Source: an uncultured bacterium (lineage in GTDB: Bacteria > Oederibacteriota > Muellerivitia > Muellerivitales > Muellerivitaceae). From it: a stretch of 58,507 nt of DNA. Position 1 is the stretch's first letter. Every line of letters starts with the position of its first letter. Below the pieces are notes generated by a model, which searched no databases, was not told where the DNA came from, and saw nothing but the letters and a program-made list of their open reading frames with translations. The stretch lies in assembly GCA_964531065.1 (NCBI GenBank), contig CAZHFP010000001.1, positions 8,165 to 66,671 of the forward strand, given 5' to 3'. The translations under genes and the position numbers were made by a program. Shown one piece after another: positions 16,104 to 25,765 of the stretch.

Positions 16104-18251
16104 TTGGCGTTGGTGAGCCCGGGATCTTGGTTTTCAAACCAAAAAGCCTTTAAATGGTTTGCCCTCGCCTTTATTGTAGCTGCCTTCCTATTGGCTGGCA
16201 GCGGCATTTGCACACGCCAGCCAACCGATGTTTCCACCGGTTGGCTGGTTTTTTCTTGGGTGGTAGCTTTTTTCTGGCTTTACCTCCTCATCCGCCTCAA
16301 AGTTTTTTTAAGCCCCCACCGCTCGCTCATCCTCATTGGCACCATTGTCGCGCTTAATTTGCTTGCCCAAAGCACGGGTGGAGAACAATCGCCCCTCATT
16401 TTCGCTGTGTTTTTGTTGATGGGTATCGCGGCATGGGAAGGGGAGGCCAAATACGGTTTTTGGGTGGCGGTTTTATTCAGCCTCTTAGAGGCTTTTTACC
16501 TGCGCAAGGAAGACGCTCCCCAAGGCATTGCGCTCTACCTTCGCTGGGCCGCTCTCCTCGTTTCGGCTGTATTTTTGGCTAAAGTCGTCAAGACCCGGAA
16601 AGAAAAAGAACAATTAGACCACCACTTGGAATCTCTCAAGAACGAGGCGGTCCAGCTGGCTACGGGCGCCGAACCTTCCTCTTTCAACGTTCCCAAAGAT
16701 AAGCTTTTGATGGAAGAAAACCGTCTTTCGGCGCGGATGGGGACGGTGATGGAGCTTGAGGATTCGCTCACCCGCCAATTGACCCTTTTCCAGAAATCCC
16801 TTCCGGTCCACACGGCGGTTTTTTTCTTGATGACGGCGATTGGGGAAAAAAAGGTCCTGCGCCTGAGGGCCTTTTCCAGCGAATCAAATGATATCGCCTC
16901 GGACGTGACCATTTTGCCGGGGGAAACCTTGATTGGGCTGACAGCCAAAGAGGGGAGGAAGGTTCTTTTAAACCAAATACCGCAGGAAAGCGCTAGGGCC
17001 CTGCCTTACTATTTGAAGCCCAGTTCCATCGCGTCGTTCCTGGCTTATCCTGTTTATTTGAACCAGGCCCAATCGGACTCAAAATCGGGGAGCGAATTAG
17101 AACTGGCGGGTGTTTTGGTTTTGGACCACCCACAAAAGGATTATTTTACCGAACCTAAGCTTGAATTGGTCGAGCAGTTTGGGAAACTGCTGGCGGACAC
17201 CATCCATGGCGCCAGGGTCCTGCATTTTTCAAAGACGAAAACAAGAAATTTGCACGCCCTTTACGAGGTCTCCCATTCTTTTTCGGCCTTGCTGGAAATG
17301 GGCCCGGTCTTGGAAACGGCTTTAAATACGGCCAAGGAAATGTCGCTTTGTGATTCGGCCTATATCGCGCTGGTTGAAGGGGACGGAAAAAAATTTAGGA
17401 TCCTGGCTTGGTGGGAGCGTTCCGTTTCCAGGGATAAGGCCGAATTTTTAGAAGATGAACTGGCTTCCTGGGTTTTGGAAAATAAAAAATCAATCCGTTA
17501 TACCCGGGGGCAAAAAGAAAAAAGCCTGCAGGCTTTCTCCAAGAAGGAAGGGATGCTCGGTTCCACCCAATCTTTTTTGTTAACCCCGCTTTTGGTAGGG
17601 GAGGATGTTTTGGGGGTGATCCGGCTCAACAGTCAAACTCCCGACTCTTACCAGGAATATGACCAAGATATTTTGACCACCTTGGGAAATCAAACGGCGA
17701 TGGCCCTCAAAAACGCCTGGAACGTTCAGGATATCCAGGATATGGCGACCAAGGATGGTTTGACGGGGGTTTATAACCACCGTTATTTCCAGGACAAGCT
17801 TGCCGAGGAACTGGCGAAGGCCGAACGCTACAATAAAGACCTGAGCTTGGCTTTACTGGATGTTGATCATTTCAAGAAATTCAACGATAACTTCGGGCAT
17901 CAGGAAGGGGATAAAGTCCTGAAAATAGTTTCACACATTATCCAAACAACGGTCCGAAATAAAATTGACACAGTGGCCCGTTATGGCGGTGAGGAATTCG
18001 CCATTATTCTTCCGGAAGCCGATGGCAACATGGGAAAGGAATTGGCTGACCGCATCCGAAAGAACATCGAAAGTTATCTTTTTGAAAACAATGGAAAAAA
18101 TCTTTATCGCGTCACGGTTTCGATTGGCGTGGCTTCTTATCCCTTTGACACTCGGGACCAAAAAGATTTAATTCAAATGGCGGATAAGGCCCTCTACGCC
18201 TGCAAAGCCGAGGGCAGAAACTGCGTCAGGCGCTTTAAAGCTTTGGATTAG
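16104..18251 (+). CDS. Membrane-anchored GAF-GAF-GGDEF diguanylate cyclase
   Basis: About 5 N-terminal TM helices, two GAF-like regions, and a C-terminal GGDEF domain (DGLTGVYNHRYF, RYGGEEFAIILPE). TTG start. Confidence 0.85.
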   Translation: MALVSPGSWFSNQKAFKWFALAFIVAAFLLAGSGICTRQPTDVSTGWLVFSWVVAFFWLYLLIRLKVFLSPHRSLILIGTIVALNLLAQSTGGEQSPLIFAVFLLMGIAAWEGEAKYGFWVAVLFSLLEAFYLRKEDAPQGIALYLRWAALLVSAVFLAKVVKTRKEKEQLDHHLESLKNEAVQLATGAEPSSFNVPKDKLLMEENRLSARMGTVMELEDSLTRQLTLFQKSLPVHTAVFFLMTAIGEKKVLRLRAFSSESNDIASDVTILPGETLIGLTAKEGRKVLLNQIPQESARALPYYLKPSSIASFLAYPVYLNQAQSDSKSGSELELAGVLVLDHPQKDYFTEPKLELVEQFGKLLADTIHGARVLHFSKTKTRNLHALYEVSHSFSALLEMGPVLETALNTAKEMSLCDSAYIALVEGDGKKFRILAWWERSVSRDKAEFLEDELASWVLENKKSIRYTRGQKEKSLQAFSKKEGMLGSTQSFLLTPLLVGEDVLGVIRLNSQTPDSYQEYDQDILTTLGNQTAMALKNAWNVQDIQDMATKDGLTGVYNHRYFQDKLAEELAKAERYNKDLSLALLDVDHFKKFNDNFGHQEGDKVLKIVSHIIQTTVRNKIDTVARYGGEEFAIILPEADGNMGKELADRIRKNIESYLFENNGKNLYRVTVSIGVASYPFDTRDQKDLIQMADKALYACKAEGRNCVRRFKALD

Positions 18252-18465
18252 CTAAAAAGCCTTTTAAATCGACAGATGGCTCAAGCGACCCCATATGTAG
18301 TATGGTTTAATTCAACCCTACCAAAAAATGTAGTCGTCGCCAAAAAAGTTAACCGCCCATCCTTTGCCCTTCCTTCTTTCTGTTCAATCCTTTCTTTCTT
18401 CTTACAATGACTCTATCACTGAGCTTAGTAGAGTATTGTCAACCTCCTTAAATCAAGGGTATGGA

Positions 18466-18726
18466 ATGATCCTAACGATAAGAGAAATCGCGACAAAGCT
18501 TGGGGTCCATGAACAAACACTCCGCAATTGGGAACGCCTGGGTTTATTAAAGATTTCGCGCCTGGGCGGAAACCGCACCCGCATTTACAACGAAAAAGAC
18601 CTTCTTCTTTGCAAAAAAATAGCGAATTTTTCGGAACAGGGAATCAACCTGCGAGGAATAAAGGTTCTGCTTGCTCGTGAAAAAAATGAAAAACTGAAGT
18701 TAGTGGGCGCGAATCACCGCCATTAA
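18466..18726 (+). CDS. Small MerR-family transcriptional regulator
   Basis: MILTIREIATKLGVHEQTLRNWERLGLL...R.Y...DL matches the MerR N-terminal winged HTH. About 86 aa from the internal ATG; the upstream part of the ORF-track call is a CT-rich tract. Confidence 0.75.
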   Translation: MILTIREIATKLGVHEQTLRNWERLGLLKISRLGGNRTRIYNEKDLLLCKKIANFSEQGINLRGIKVLLAREKNEKLKLVGANHRH

Positions 18727-18806
18727 ATTTTAAAATCGTGTCAAGAATTAAACGGGGGAGGGGCCGGAAAGACCTGGGAAATGAAGGGTTTTTGAGAGGT
18801 TAGTTC

Positions 18807-18838
18807 TTGACAGAGGTGAAAGCTTTGTCATAATGACA
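18807..18838 (+). promoter_or_regulatory. Candidate sigma70-type promoter of the flgB operon, overlapped by a perfect palindrome
   Basis: TTGACA (18807-18812), 16-nt spacer, and an extended -10 TGtCATAAT (18826-18834). The palindrome TGTCAT-A-ATGACA (18826-18838) overlaps the -10. TGACA-N13-TGTCA spans the spacer. Confidence 0.35.
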
Positions 18839-18970
18839 CTAATTTTTCGCCGCTGACGGAATTTTGAACTTCATTTTCTCTTCATTGGGTCGCGCCTCAG
18901 ATTCGCTTTTGAAAAAGCAGTCCGGTTAGATGGTTGCGCTTGGATTGAAATATCGCCAACAGGAGTTAGC

Positions 18971-19393
18971 GTGGTAAACCCAATCACCTTTATTGACCCC
19001 ATGGCGGTTTTGCAAAAGAGCCTTGATGCGTTAGCTACCCAACATGAAGTCATCGCCAACAACTTGGCCAATCTTGATACCCCGCAGTTCAAGCGTTCGG
19101 TTGTTTCTTTCCAAGATAAGCTCAAGGCCGCAATCAATGTTAACGAGCCTTCGGTTATGTGGAGGACCAATCCGATGCATTTTCCCATCGACAAAAACGC
19201 GTCTCTAGATAATTTCAGGCCGGATGTCCGGACGATCACCGAAACCATCGGCCGCAATGACGGCAATAATGTGGATTTGGAAATGGAATCGGGTCTCTTG
19301 GCCGAAAACAATCTTCTCTATAACAGCGTCGCGGATGTGACAAGCCGCTACATGGCTAATCTAAGACATGCGATCAGCGAAGGGAGGCAATAA
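18971..19393 (+). CDS. flgB: Flagellar basal-body rod protein FlgB
   Basis: AGGAG RBS and GTG start. Has the NLANLDTPQFKR motif and precedes flgC-fliE. Confidence 0.9.
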   Translation: MVNPITFIDPMAVLQKSLDALATQHEVIANNLANLDTPQFKRSVVSFQDKLKAAINVNEPSVMWRTNPMHFPIDKNASLDNFRPDVRTITETIGRNDGNNVDLEMESGLLAENNLLYNSVADVTSRYMANLRHAISEGRQ

Positions 19394-19396
19394 TCC

Positions 19397-19855
19397 ATGG
19401 GAGCACTTTCAGGAATTTTCGCCCCCTTCTCCATAACGGCCTCCGCTTTAACCGCGGAACGTCTCCGGATGGACGTGATATCGAACAACATCGCAAACGC
19501 CAATACCACTAGGACGATGGAGGGCGGCCCCTATGTCCGTCAACGGGTCGTATTCGCTCCGCGCTTTGATCCGACACCCGCTTTCGCGCCGGTTGCGGCG
19601 TTGATGACTCCTGAGGGTCTTCCGGTAGGTGTGCGGGCGGTTGGAATCCAAAAAGATCCCTCTGCGCCGAAAATGGTTTATGATCCGGGCCACCCCGACG
19701 CCAATACGGAAGGTTATGTGGCTTATCCTAATGTGAATATCGTTAATGAAATGGTGGATATGATTTCCGCTACGCGCGCTTATGAAGCCAACATTACTGT
19801 TTTTAACGCGACAAAATCCATGGCGCTTCAAGCCTTGAATATTGGCAAAGCTTAG
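19397..19855 (+). CDS. flgC: Flagellar basal-body rod protein FlgC
   Basis: ISASALTAERLRMDVISNNIANANTTR N-terminal rod motif and the C-terminal EMVDMISATRAYEAN. Confidence 0.9.
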   Translation: MGALSGIFAPFSITASALTAERLRMDVISNNIANANTTRTMEGGPYVRQRVVFAPRFDPTPAFAPVAALMTPEGLPVGVRAVGIQKDPSAPKMVYDPGHPDANTEGYVAYPNVNIVNEMVDMISATRAYEANITVFNATKSMALQALNIGKA

Positions 19856-19898
19856 ATTAGAGAAATTTTGATGGGCCCAAAATCGATTTAAAGGTGTC

Positions 19899-20228
19899 GT
19901 GATGCAAATTCAACCTGTTCAAATGCCGGTCTCCTTGACCCAGGGGGCCATTATGCCCATTCAATCCATCGCGGCTGAAACGGCACAGAACGCCGCCGAG
20001 GTATCGCCGGCTAATTTTAGGGATTTGATGAAAAAGGCTTTGACGGATCTCAATGTCAGTCAAGTGGGGGCGAATGACGCGATAAAAAGTCTGGCGACGG
20101 GCGGCGAGGAAAATCTTCACGACATCATTATTTCGATGGAGAAGGCCAGCATGACCTTGCAGTATGCCATTCAAATCCGCAATAAGCTGTTAGAGGCTTA
20201 CCAGTCGGTGATTCAAATGCAGGTCTAA
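19899..20228 (+). CDS. fliE: Flagellar hook-basal body complex protein FliE
   Basis: C-terminus ...IQIRNKLLEAYQSVIQMQV is the FliE signature. The start may be the ATG at 19902. Confidence 0.85.
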   Translation: MMQIQPVQMPVSLTQGAIMPIQSIAAETAQNAAEVSPANFRDLMKKALTDLNVSQVGANDAIKSLATGGEENLHDIIISMEKASMTLQYAIQIRNKLLEAYQSVIQMQV

Positions 20229-20279
20229 TGGTTTCGGTGGGGTGTGGCTGATGCTTGATCCTATTTTCACGAGGAAAGA

Positions 20280-21932
20280 TTGAACAACTTTTTTCAACAA
20301 CTCATACAGCAGTTTAAGGATGTCTGGAGCCGTTTTAACCGGGTTCAACGGGTTCTTCTGATCGCCGTCCCCTCGGCTCTTTTTTTAGGGCTTTTGTTAT
20401 TTATCCTTATGTCTTCCCGCGCTCAATTTGAGGTTTTGTATTCCAACTTGGAACAAAAGGACGCCGCTGAAGTTACGGCTGAACTCAAAAAGGAAAACGT
20501 ACCCTATCGGTTGGCGACCAAAGACAAGATGATCATGGTGCTGGTGCCGTCGGAAAAGGTTTATGACACCCGATTGACGCTGGCGGGTCAGGGCCTTCCT
20601 AAGGGAACCGGCGTGGGATATGAAATTTTTGACCAGCCCAAGTGGGGTTCGACAGATTTTACCCAAAAGGTTAATTATAAGAGGGCATTGGAAGGCGAAT
20701 TGCAGAGGACCATTGGCAGCCTTCAGGAAATTCAAGGGGCTAGGGTCAGCATCGTCATTCCGGAACCGGAACTTTTTACCGAAAAAGAAAAACCGACAAC
20801 CGCGTCGGTGGTGTTGGAATTAAAACCCGATACCCAGTTGAAGCGGGAGCAGGTCCGCGGAATTGTTCACATGGTTTCTTCCAGCGTGGAAGGCCTTAAG
20901 CCGGAGAACGTCAACGTTATCGACAGCAAGGGAAACATCCTCTCGGCTTTTATTCAAGAGGAGCAGCAGGACGATAACCAGGATCCCTTAAACGGGGGCA
21001 GCGCGCTGACCCAGCAGGCCAAGTTAACCCTGCACCAAATGGAAGTGCAGCAGAGCTTCGAAAAAGATTTGGAAAGAAAAGTCAACCTCATGTTGACCAA
21101 GGTTTTGGGCGGTAACAGCCGTTTCGCCGTGTCGGTTTCGGCGGAATTGAATTTTGATAAAACGGAAAATGATTCCGAGACTTTTGAGCCGGTGGTGGAC
21201 GGTCAGGGAATTGCCCGGTCCACTCAAACGAAGAAAGAACAGTATGTGGGCGATGGAGGTTTTCCTTCCACGCTCGTGGGCGGGGTTCCTGGAACAGATT
21301 CGAACATTCCCGGCTACCAAGCGGTGGCGGGGGCCAACTCCCAATACTCCAAAGAGGAAAACACTACCAACTATGAGATCAATCGTACCGTAAAACACAA
21401 CGTGGTGGCTCCGGGTTCCCCGAAGCGGATTTCGGTCGGTGTTTTTGTGGATAACCTCCAGCCTCAACAGGTGGAGGCGATTAAGTCGGCGGTAGTGGCG
21501 GCGGCTGGTATGGATATCAACCGGGGTGATCAGGTGGCGGTTGAAAATATGCCTTTTGATAACACCCAGGCTTTGGCGAGTTTGAAGGAGACTCAGATGG
21601 AAACCCAACAGAATTTTTACATGACGTTAGGAAAAATTGGCCTGTTGGTTTTGATGGCCTTCGGGGTTTTACTCTTCCTCCGGTCGCTCTTGAAACCCAA
21701 GAAGGAAAAGCAATACGTTGAGTCGGTGGACGATATGTCGGAAGAGCCCGCCATGATGCCTCAAGTCGAGGATATTATCACGACGGATGTGACGGCGGAA
21801 GATTTGGCGCGCGCCGAAGCGGCCCGGGACGCCAAGAAGCGCCAAGCGGTTCGTGAAGAAGTGTTTGAAATGGCTAACAAGAATCCTGAAAATGTCGCCC
21901 AAATTATTAAGAAATGGCTCTCTGAGGAGTAG
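20280..21932 (+). CDS. fliF: Flagellar MS-ring protein FliF
   Basis: 550 aa with an N-terminal TM, a YscJ/FliF-like periplasmic region, a second TM and an acidic C-terminus. Positioned between fliE and fliG. Confidence 0.9.
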   Translation: MNNFFQQLIQQFKDVWSRFNRVQRVLLIAVPSALFLGLLLFILMSSRAQFEVLYSNLEQKDAAEVTAELKKENVPYRLATKDKMIMVLVPSEKVYDTRLTLAGQGLPKGTGVGYEIFDQPKWGSTDFTQKVNYKRALEGELQRTIGSLQEIQGARVSIVIPEPELFTEKEKPTTASVVLELKPDTQLKREQVRGIVHMVSSSVEGLKPENVNVIDSKGNILSAFIQEEQQDDNQDPLNGGSALTQQAKLTLHQMEVQQSFEKDLERKVNLMLTKVLGGNSRFAVSVSAELNFDKTENDSETFEPVVDGQGIARSTQTKKEQYVGDGGFPSTLVGGVPGTDSNIPGYQAVAGANSQYSKEENTTNYEINRTVKHNVVAPGSPKRISVGVFVDNLQPQQVEAIKSAVVAAAGMDINRGDQVAVENMPFDNTQALASLKETQMETQQNFYMTLGKIGLLVLMAFGVLLFLRSLLKPKKEKQYVESVDDMSEEPAMMPQVEDIITTDVTAEDLARAEAARDAKKRQAVREEVFEMANKNPENVAQIIKKWLSEE

Positions 21933-21937
21933 TCTTC

Positions 21938-22957
21938 ATGGCGGAAACTAAGAAAAAAGTTGCGTTAACGGGTGAGCAAAAAGCTGCCGCTCTTCTCATT
22001 TCGCTGGGCCCGGAACTCGCGGCCAAGATTTATCAGCATTTGAAAGAAGAGACGGTGGAGCAGGTCACCCTGCAAATCGCCAATTTGAGAAAAATCACCC
22101 CGGATGAAAAAGACTCGGTGATGCAGGAAGTTCTCAATATCGCGGCGGCTCAGGAATATATATCCCAGGGCGGCGTGGAATACGCCCATGAAATCCTGGA
22201 AAAAGCCTTGGGCGCCAATAAGGCCATGGAAATTATCAACCGCCTGCAGGGCTCTCTGCAGATGACTCCTTTTGACTACATCAAGAGGACCGATCCCCAG
22301 CAGCTTTTGAACTTCATCCAGGCGGAGCATCCTCAGACCATCGCCTTGATTCTGGCCCACTTAACTCCCGAGCACGCCGCCATTATTTTGGGCGCGCTTC
22401 CGGGCGATGTCCAGGTCGACGTGGCCACCCGTATCGCGATTCTGGACCGCGCCGCTCCCGATGTGGTGATGGAAATCGAGAGGGTGCTGGAAAGACGCAT
22501 TTCCTCCATCTTTACCCAGGAGTTTACCGCGGCCGGCGGCGTGAGGTCTTTGGCCGAGGTTCTGAACCGTGCGGATCGCTCGACCGAAAAAGCCATTATG
22601 GAAAAATTGGAAGAGTCCAATCCCGAGCTGGCCGAGGAAGTCAAACGCCTTATGTTCGTCTTTGACGACTTGATCAATTTGGATAACCGGACCATCCAGC
22701 AGATCCTGCGCGAGGTTGACGCTAAGGATTTGGCCTTGGCCTTGAAGGGCTGTAAAGATGAAGTTAAGGAACATATTTTGAAGAACATGTCGAGCCGCGC
22801 GAAAGCCATGATTCAGGAAGACATGGAAGTTATGGGACCTGTCCGGTTGAAGCACGCGGAAGAGGCCCAGCAGAAAATCATCAATGTGGTTCGCCAGTTG
22901 GAAGAAATGGGTGAGATTGTCGTGGCGCGTGGCGGTGAAGAAGAGGTTATGATTTAA
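21938..22957 (+). CDS. fliG: Flagellar motor switch protein FliG
   Basis: LTGEQKAAALLISLG and MFVFDDLINLDNRTIQQILREV motifs; 339 aa. Confidence 0.95.
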   Translation: MAETKKKVALTGEQKAAALLISLGPELAAKIYQHLKEETVEQVTLQIANLRKITPDEKDSVMQEVLNIAAAQEYISQGGVEYAHEILEKALGANKAMEIINRLQGSLQMTPFDYIKRTDPQQLLNFIQAEHPQTIALILAHLTPEHAAIILGALPGDVQVDVATRIAILDRAAPDVVMEIERVLERRISSIFTQEFTAAGGVRSLAEVLNRADRSTEKAIMEKLEESNPELAEEVKRLMFVFDDLINLDNRTIQQILREVDAKDLALALKGCKDEVKEHILKNMSSRAKAMIQEDMEVMGPVRLKHAEEAQQKIINVVRQLEEMGEIVVARGGEEEVMI

Positions 22958-22979
22958 GGCCTTTTAAGGTGGAGTGAAA

Positions 22980-23891
22980 ATGAGCCGCGAGGTTTTATCG
23001 AGCCGCGATTACCAGCCACTGGAACAGGGATATTTGGTCGACAATATTCCATGGCAGGAGGAGATTAAAAAAAGGCTTCGGCAGGCATCGGTGGTGAAGA
23101 TTACCGAAACCAGGCCGACTTTGGGTCCGGAGGAGTTTCAACCTCTTCTTTTGGCGGAGACGCCGGAGGCGATGGAGGAAGTGAAACCCCCTGAGCCGAC
23201 GGCCGAAGAGCTGATGGCTAAGGCTAAAATGGACGCGGAAGAAACCGTGAAGTCCATTGAACAAGCCGCTAAAAAAAATGCTTTTGAAGTGGTGGAACAG
23301 GCCCGGTGGGAAGCGAATGACCTCTTGGCCAAGGCCAAGGAAGAAGTTGAAAAGGAAATTCAACAGTTGAAGGACGCGGCGGGAGAAGAGGGCCGCAAAG
23401 AAGGTTTGGCCAAAGGGTTGGAAGAGGGTTTGGTCAAAGGCCGTGAAAAAGGCCTGGAAGAATATTCGTCGGCTATCAAAAAATGGAATGACTTATTTGA
23501 GAAAACGGTCGAGGAGCGAAAAAACGCCATGGCGGATCTTAAACCGCTATTGGTGGAACTGGTGGGTGAAACACTCTACCGCTGTTTGAAGGACGAAAGT
23601 AAAAAAGGGAGTCAGGTGGTTTTGGAGCTGGCTCGGGAAGCGTTGGCGAAAGCGCAAGACCTGGTTCATTTAAGGCTTCATTTGAACCCGGAAGATGTGG
23701 AAGAGGTTCGTGCCCAGAAAGAGCGCCTGCAGTTGTCCGTCGGCGCCGGGCAAATGGAATTGGTTCCCGACGCCCGGATTGAAAAGGGCGGCTGTGTTTT
23801 GGAAACGGAAGCGGGATCGGTGGATGTTCGTTTATCCACGGTGGTGTCGCAAATAAAAGATTCGTTGAGTTTGGGAATGCAGAGGGCATAG
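22980..23891 (+). CDS. fliH: Flagellar assembly protein FliH
   Basis: Glu/Lys-rich coiled coil followed by a FliH C-terminal domain (...IEKGGCVLETEAGSVDVRL). An RBS precedes the ATG at 22980; GTG at 22974 is an alternative. Confidence 0.85.
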   Translation: MSREVLSSRDYQPLEQGYLVDNIPWQEEIKKRLRQASVVKITETRPTLGPEEFQPLLLAETPEAMEEVKPPEPTAEELMAKAKMDAEETVKSIEQAAKKNAFEVVEQARWEANDLLAKAKEEVEKEIQQLKDAAGEEGRKEGLAKGLEEGLVKGREKGLEEYSSAIKKWNDLFEKTVEERKNAMADLKPLLVELVGETLYRCLKDESKKGSQVVLELAREALAKAQDLVHLRLHLNPEDVEEVRAQKERLQLSVGAGQMELVPDARIEKGGCVLETEAGSVDVRLSTVVSQIKDSLSLGMQRA

Positions 23892-23914
23892 GTGGTGAAG
23901 GGGGAGAGAAAATC

Positions 23915-25255
23915 GTGAATCCAGTCTTAGGTGACATCATTCCTCCTCTGGAAAATTTGAAAAGCCGCATTAGCGAGAGTGAGATCGTCCGGGTGAACGG
24001 GCGGGTTGAGCAGGTGGTGGGATTAGTCATTGAGTCCTCCGGTCCCTCTTCGTCGGTGGGGGAGGCCTGCTGGATCACGGCGGCGGATGGAGCGGGACAG
24101 CCAGTTTTGGCGGAAGTCGTTGGGTTCCGGCAGCACCATGTTTTATTGATGCCCTTGGCTGAAATGAGGGGCTTGGGGCCTGGCAGTGAAGTGGTTAAGA
24201 CGGGAGAGCCGTTTAAAATTCCCGTGGGGAAGGAACTACTCGGAAGGGTGATTGACGCCATGGGGAAACCCTTGGACGGCAAGGGGCCCTTGGGGGCGAT
24301 GAATGAAAAATACTCGATTCATCGGGAGCCTCCCCCGGCCATGGAAAGACGGCGGATTGAGACGCCGATGCCGACGGGCGTCCGGGCCATTGACTCCGTT
24401 TTAACGCTGGGCGAGGGACAGCGCTTAGGCATTTTCGCCGGGTCGGGCGTGGGCAAAAGCACTTTGCTGGGAATGATCGCGAGAAACACCGAAGCTGACG
24501 TCAACGTGATCGCTTTAGTGGGAGAGCGCGGAAGGGAAGTCCGGGATTTTTTGGAAAGAGATCTAGGGGAGAAAGGGCTGGCGCGAAGCGTGGTCGTTGT
24601 GGCGACCTCGGATCAGCCCTCTCTCGTCCGGATCCAGGCCGCGTTGGTCGCGACCGCGGTTGCGGAATATTTCCGCGATCAGGGGAAGCGGGTCATGCTG
24701 ATGATGGACTCGGTAACCCGTTTCGCGATGGCGCAAAGGGAAGTGGGGCTGGCGATTGGGGAGCCGCCGACGACCAAGGGATACACCCCCTCGGTTTTCG
24801 CGCTTTTGCCGAAGCTGTTGGAAAGGGCGGGCACAACGGCCCATCAGGGAAGCATTACCGGTCTTTACACCATCTTGGTGGAAGCCGATGACATGAATGA
24901 GCCTGTGGCGGACGCTTGCCGGGCTATCTTGGACGGCCATGTGGTGCTGTCGAGGGAGTTGGCGGCGCAGAATCATTATCCCGCCATTGATGTGTTGAAC
25001 AGTGTTTCCCGCGTGATGCGGGATATCGTGGGCGCCGAACAGGCGGCCGCGGCCGGGAAGATACGGTCCATTTTATCGACGTATAAGAGCGTTGAGGATT
25101 TGATTTCGATTGGAGCTTATGTCAAGGGGAGTAATCCAAAGGTGGACCAGGCCCTGCTTCTTTTGGAAGCGGTCCAGGGTTTTTTAAAGCAGGGCCGTGA
25201 GGAAAATGCGGGTTGGAAAGAAACTCTTCAAAAAATGAAGAGTTTCCTGAATTAA
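23915..25255 (+). CDS. fliI: Flagellum-specific ATPase FliI
   Basis: Walker A GSGVGKSTLLGM, Walker B VMLMMDSVTR, F1/T3SS ATPase family. Confidence 0.95.
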   Translation: MNPVLGDIIPPLENLKSRISESEIVRVNGRVEQVVGLVIESSGPSSSVGEACWITAADGAGQPVLAEVVGFRQHHVLLMPLAEMRGLGPGSEVVKTGEPFKIPVGKELLGRVIDAMGKPLDGKGPLGAMNEKYSIHREPPPAMERRRIETPMPTGVRAIDSVLTLGEGQRLGIFAGSGVGKSTLLGMIARNTEADVNVIALVGERGREVRDFLERDLGEKGLARSVVVVATSDQPSLVRIQAALVATAVAEYFRDQGKRVMLMMDSVTRFAMAQREVGLAIGEPPTTKGYTPSVFALLPKLLERAGTTAHQGSITGLYTILVEADDMNEPVADACRAILDGHVVLSRELAAQNHYPAIDVLNSVSRVMRDIVGAEQAAAAGKIRSILSTYKSVEDLISIGAYVKGSNPKVDQALLLLEAVQGFLKQGREENAGWKETLQKMKSFLN

Positions 25256-25263
25256 GGGGAAGT

Positions 25264-25761
25264 ATGGCTAAAAAATTCAAATTCCGCCTCGAACAGGTTT
25301 TAGGTTTACGCAAGCAAGTGGAAGAAGTGCGGGTTCGGGAATTGGCCCAGGCGAAGGGAAGACTTTTAGAGATTGAAAAAAATATCCAGGAACACTCCGA
25401 AGCGGAATCGCGCTTTTTGGGTTCCTACGGTGACTTTGAGAAGAGCGGCGGGTTTAGCTCGGACGACGTGATGGCTTACTGTGAATATAAGGATTGGCTC
25501 GTCAGGCAGGAGAAGGGGCTGCGCCGCCAGGAAAAAGAATGGTCGGAAGAAGTGGAGCGCCGTCGCCAGAAGGCGGTCAAGGCTTCGAGGGATAAAAGGC
25601 TATTGGAAAACTTGAAAGAAAAGAAGAAAACGGCTTATGCCGCTGAAGTTTTGACGGAGGAGCAACATTTCTTGGATGAAATTTCGTCGATAGCTTTTGT
25701 CAGGCGTGACCGCGCGCAAAGCGCCGCGGGCGCCGCGTTAGAACTAAATTCGGGGAGGTGA
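25264..25761 (+). CDS. fliJ: Flagellar export chaperone/stalk protein FliJ
   Basis: MAKKFKFRLEQVLGLRK... coiled-coil protein directly after fliI. The ORF-track start at 25213 overlaps fliI. Confidence 0.8.
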   Translation: MAKKFKFRLEQVLGLRKQVEEVRVRELAQAKGRLLEIEKNIQEHSEAESRFLGSYGDFEKSGGFSSDDVMAYCEYKDWLVRQEKGLRRQEKEWSEEVERRRQKAVKASRDKRLLENLKEKKKTAYAAEVLTEEQHFLDEISSIAFVRRDRAQSAAGAALELNSGR

Positions 25762-25765
25762 TATT

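Noticed and set aside
18355-18403. ~50-nt polypyrimidine (CT-rich) tract upstream of the MerR gene. The ORF track translates it as the N-terminus of ORF 18364.
   Set aside because: It is striking by eye, but I cannot attach any function to it. It is probably 5'-UTR or promoter-region low complexity. It is the reason I moved the MerR start to the ATG at 18466.
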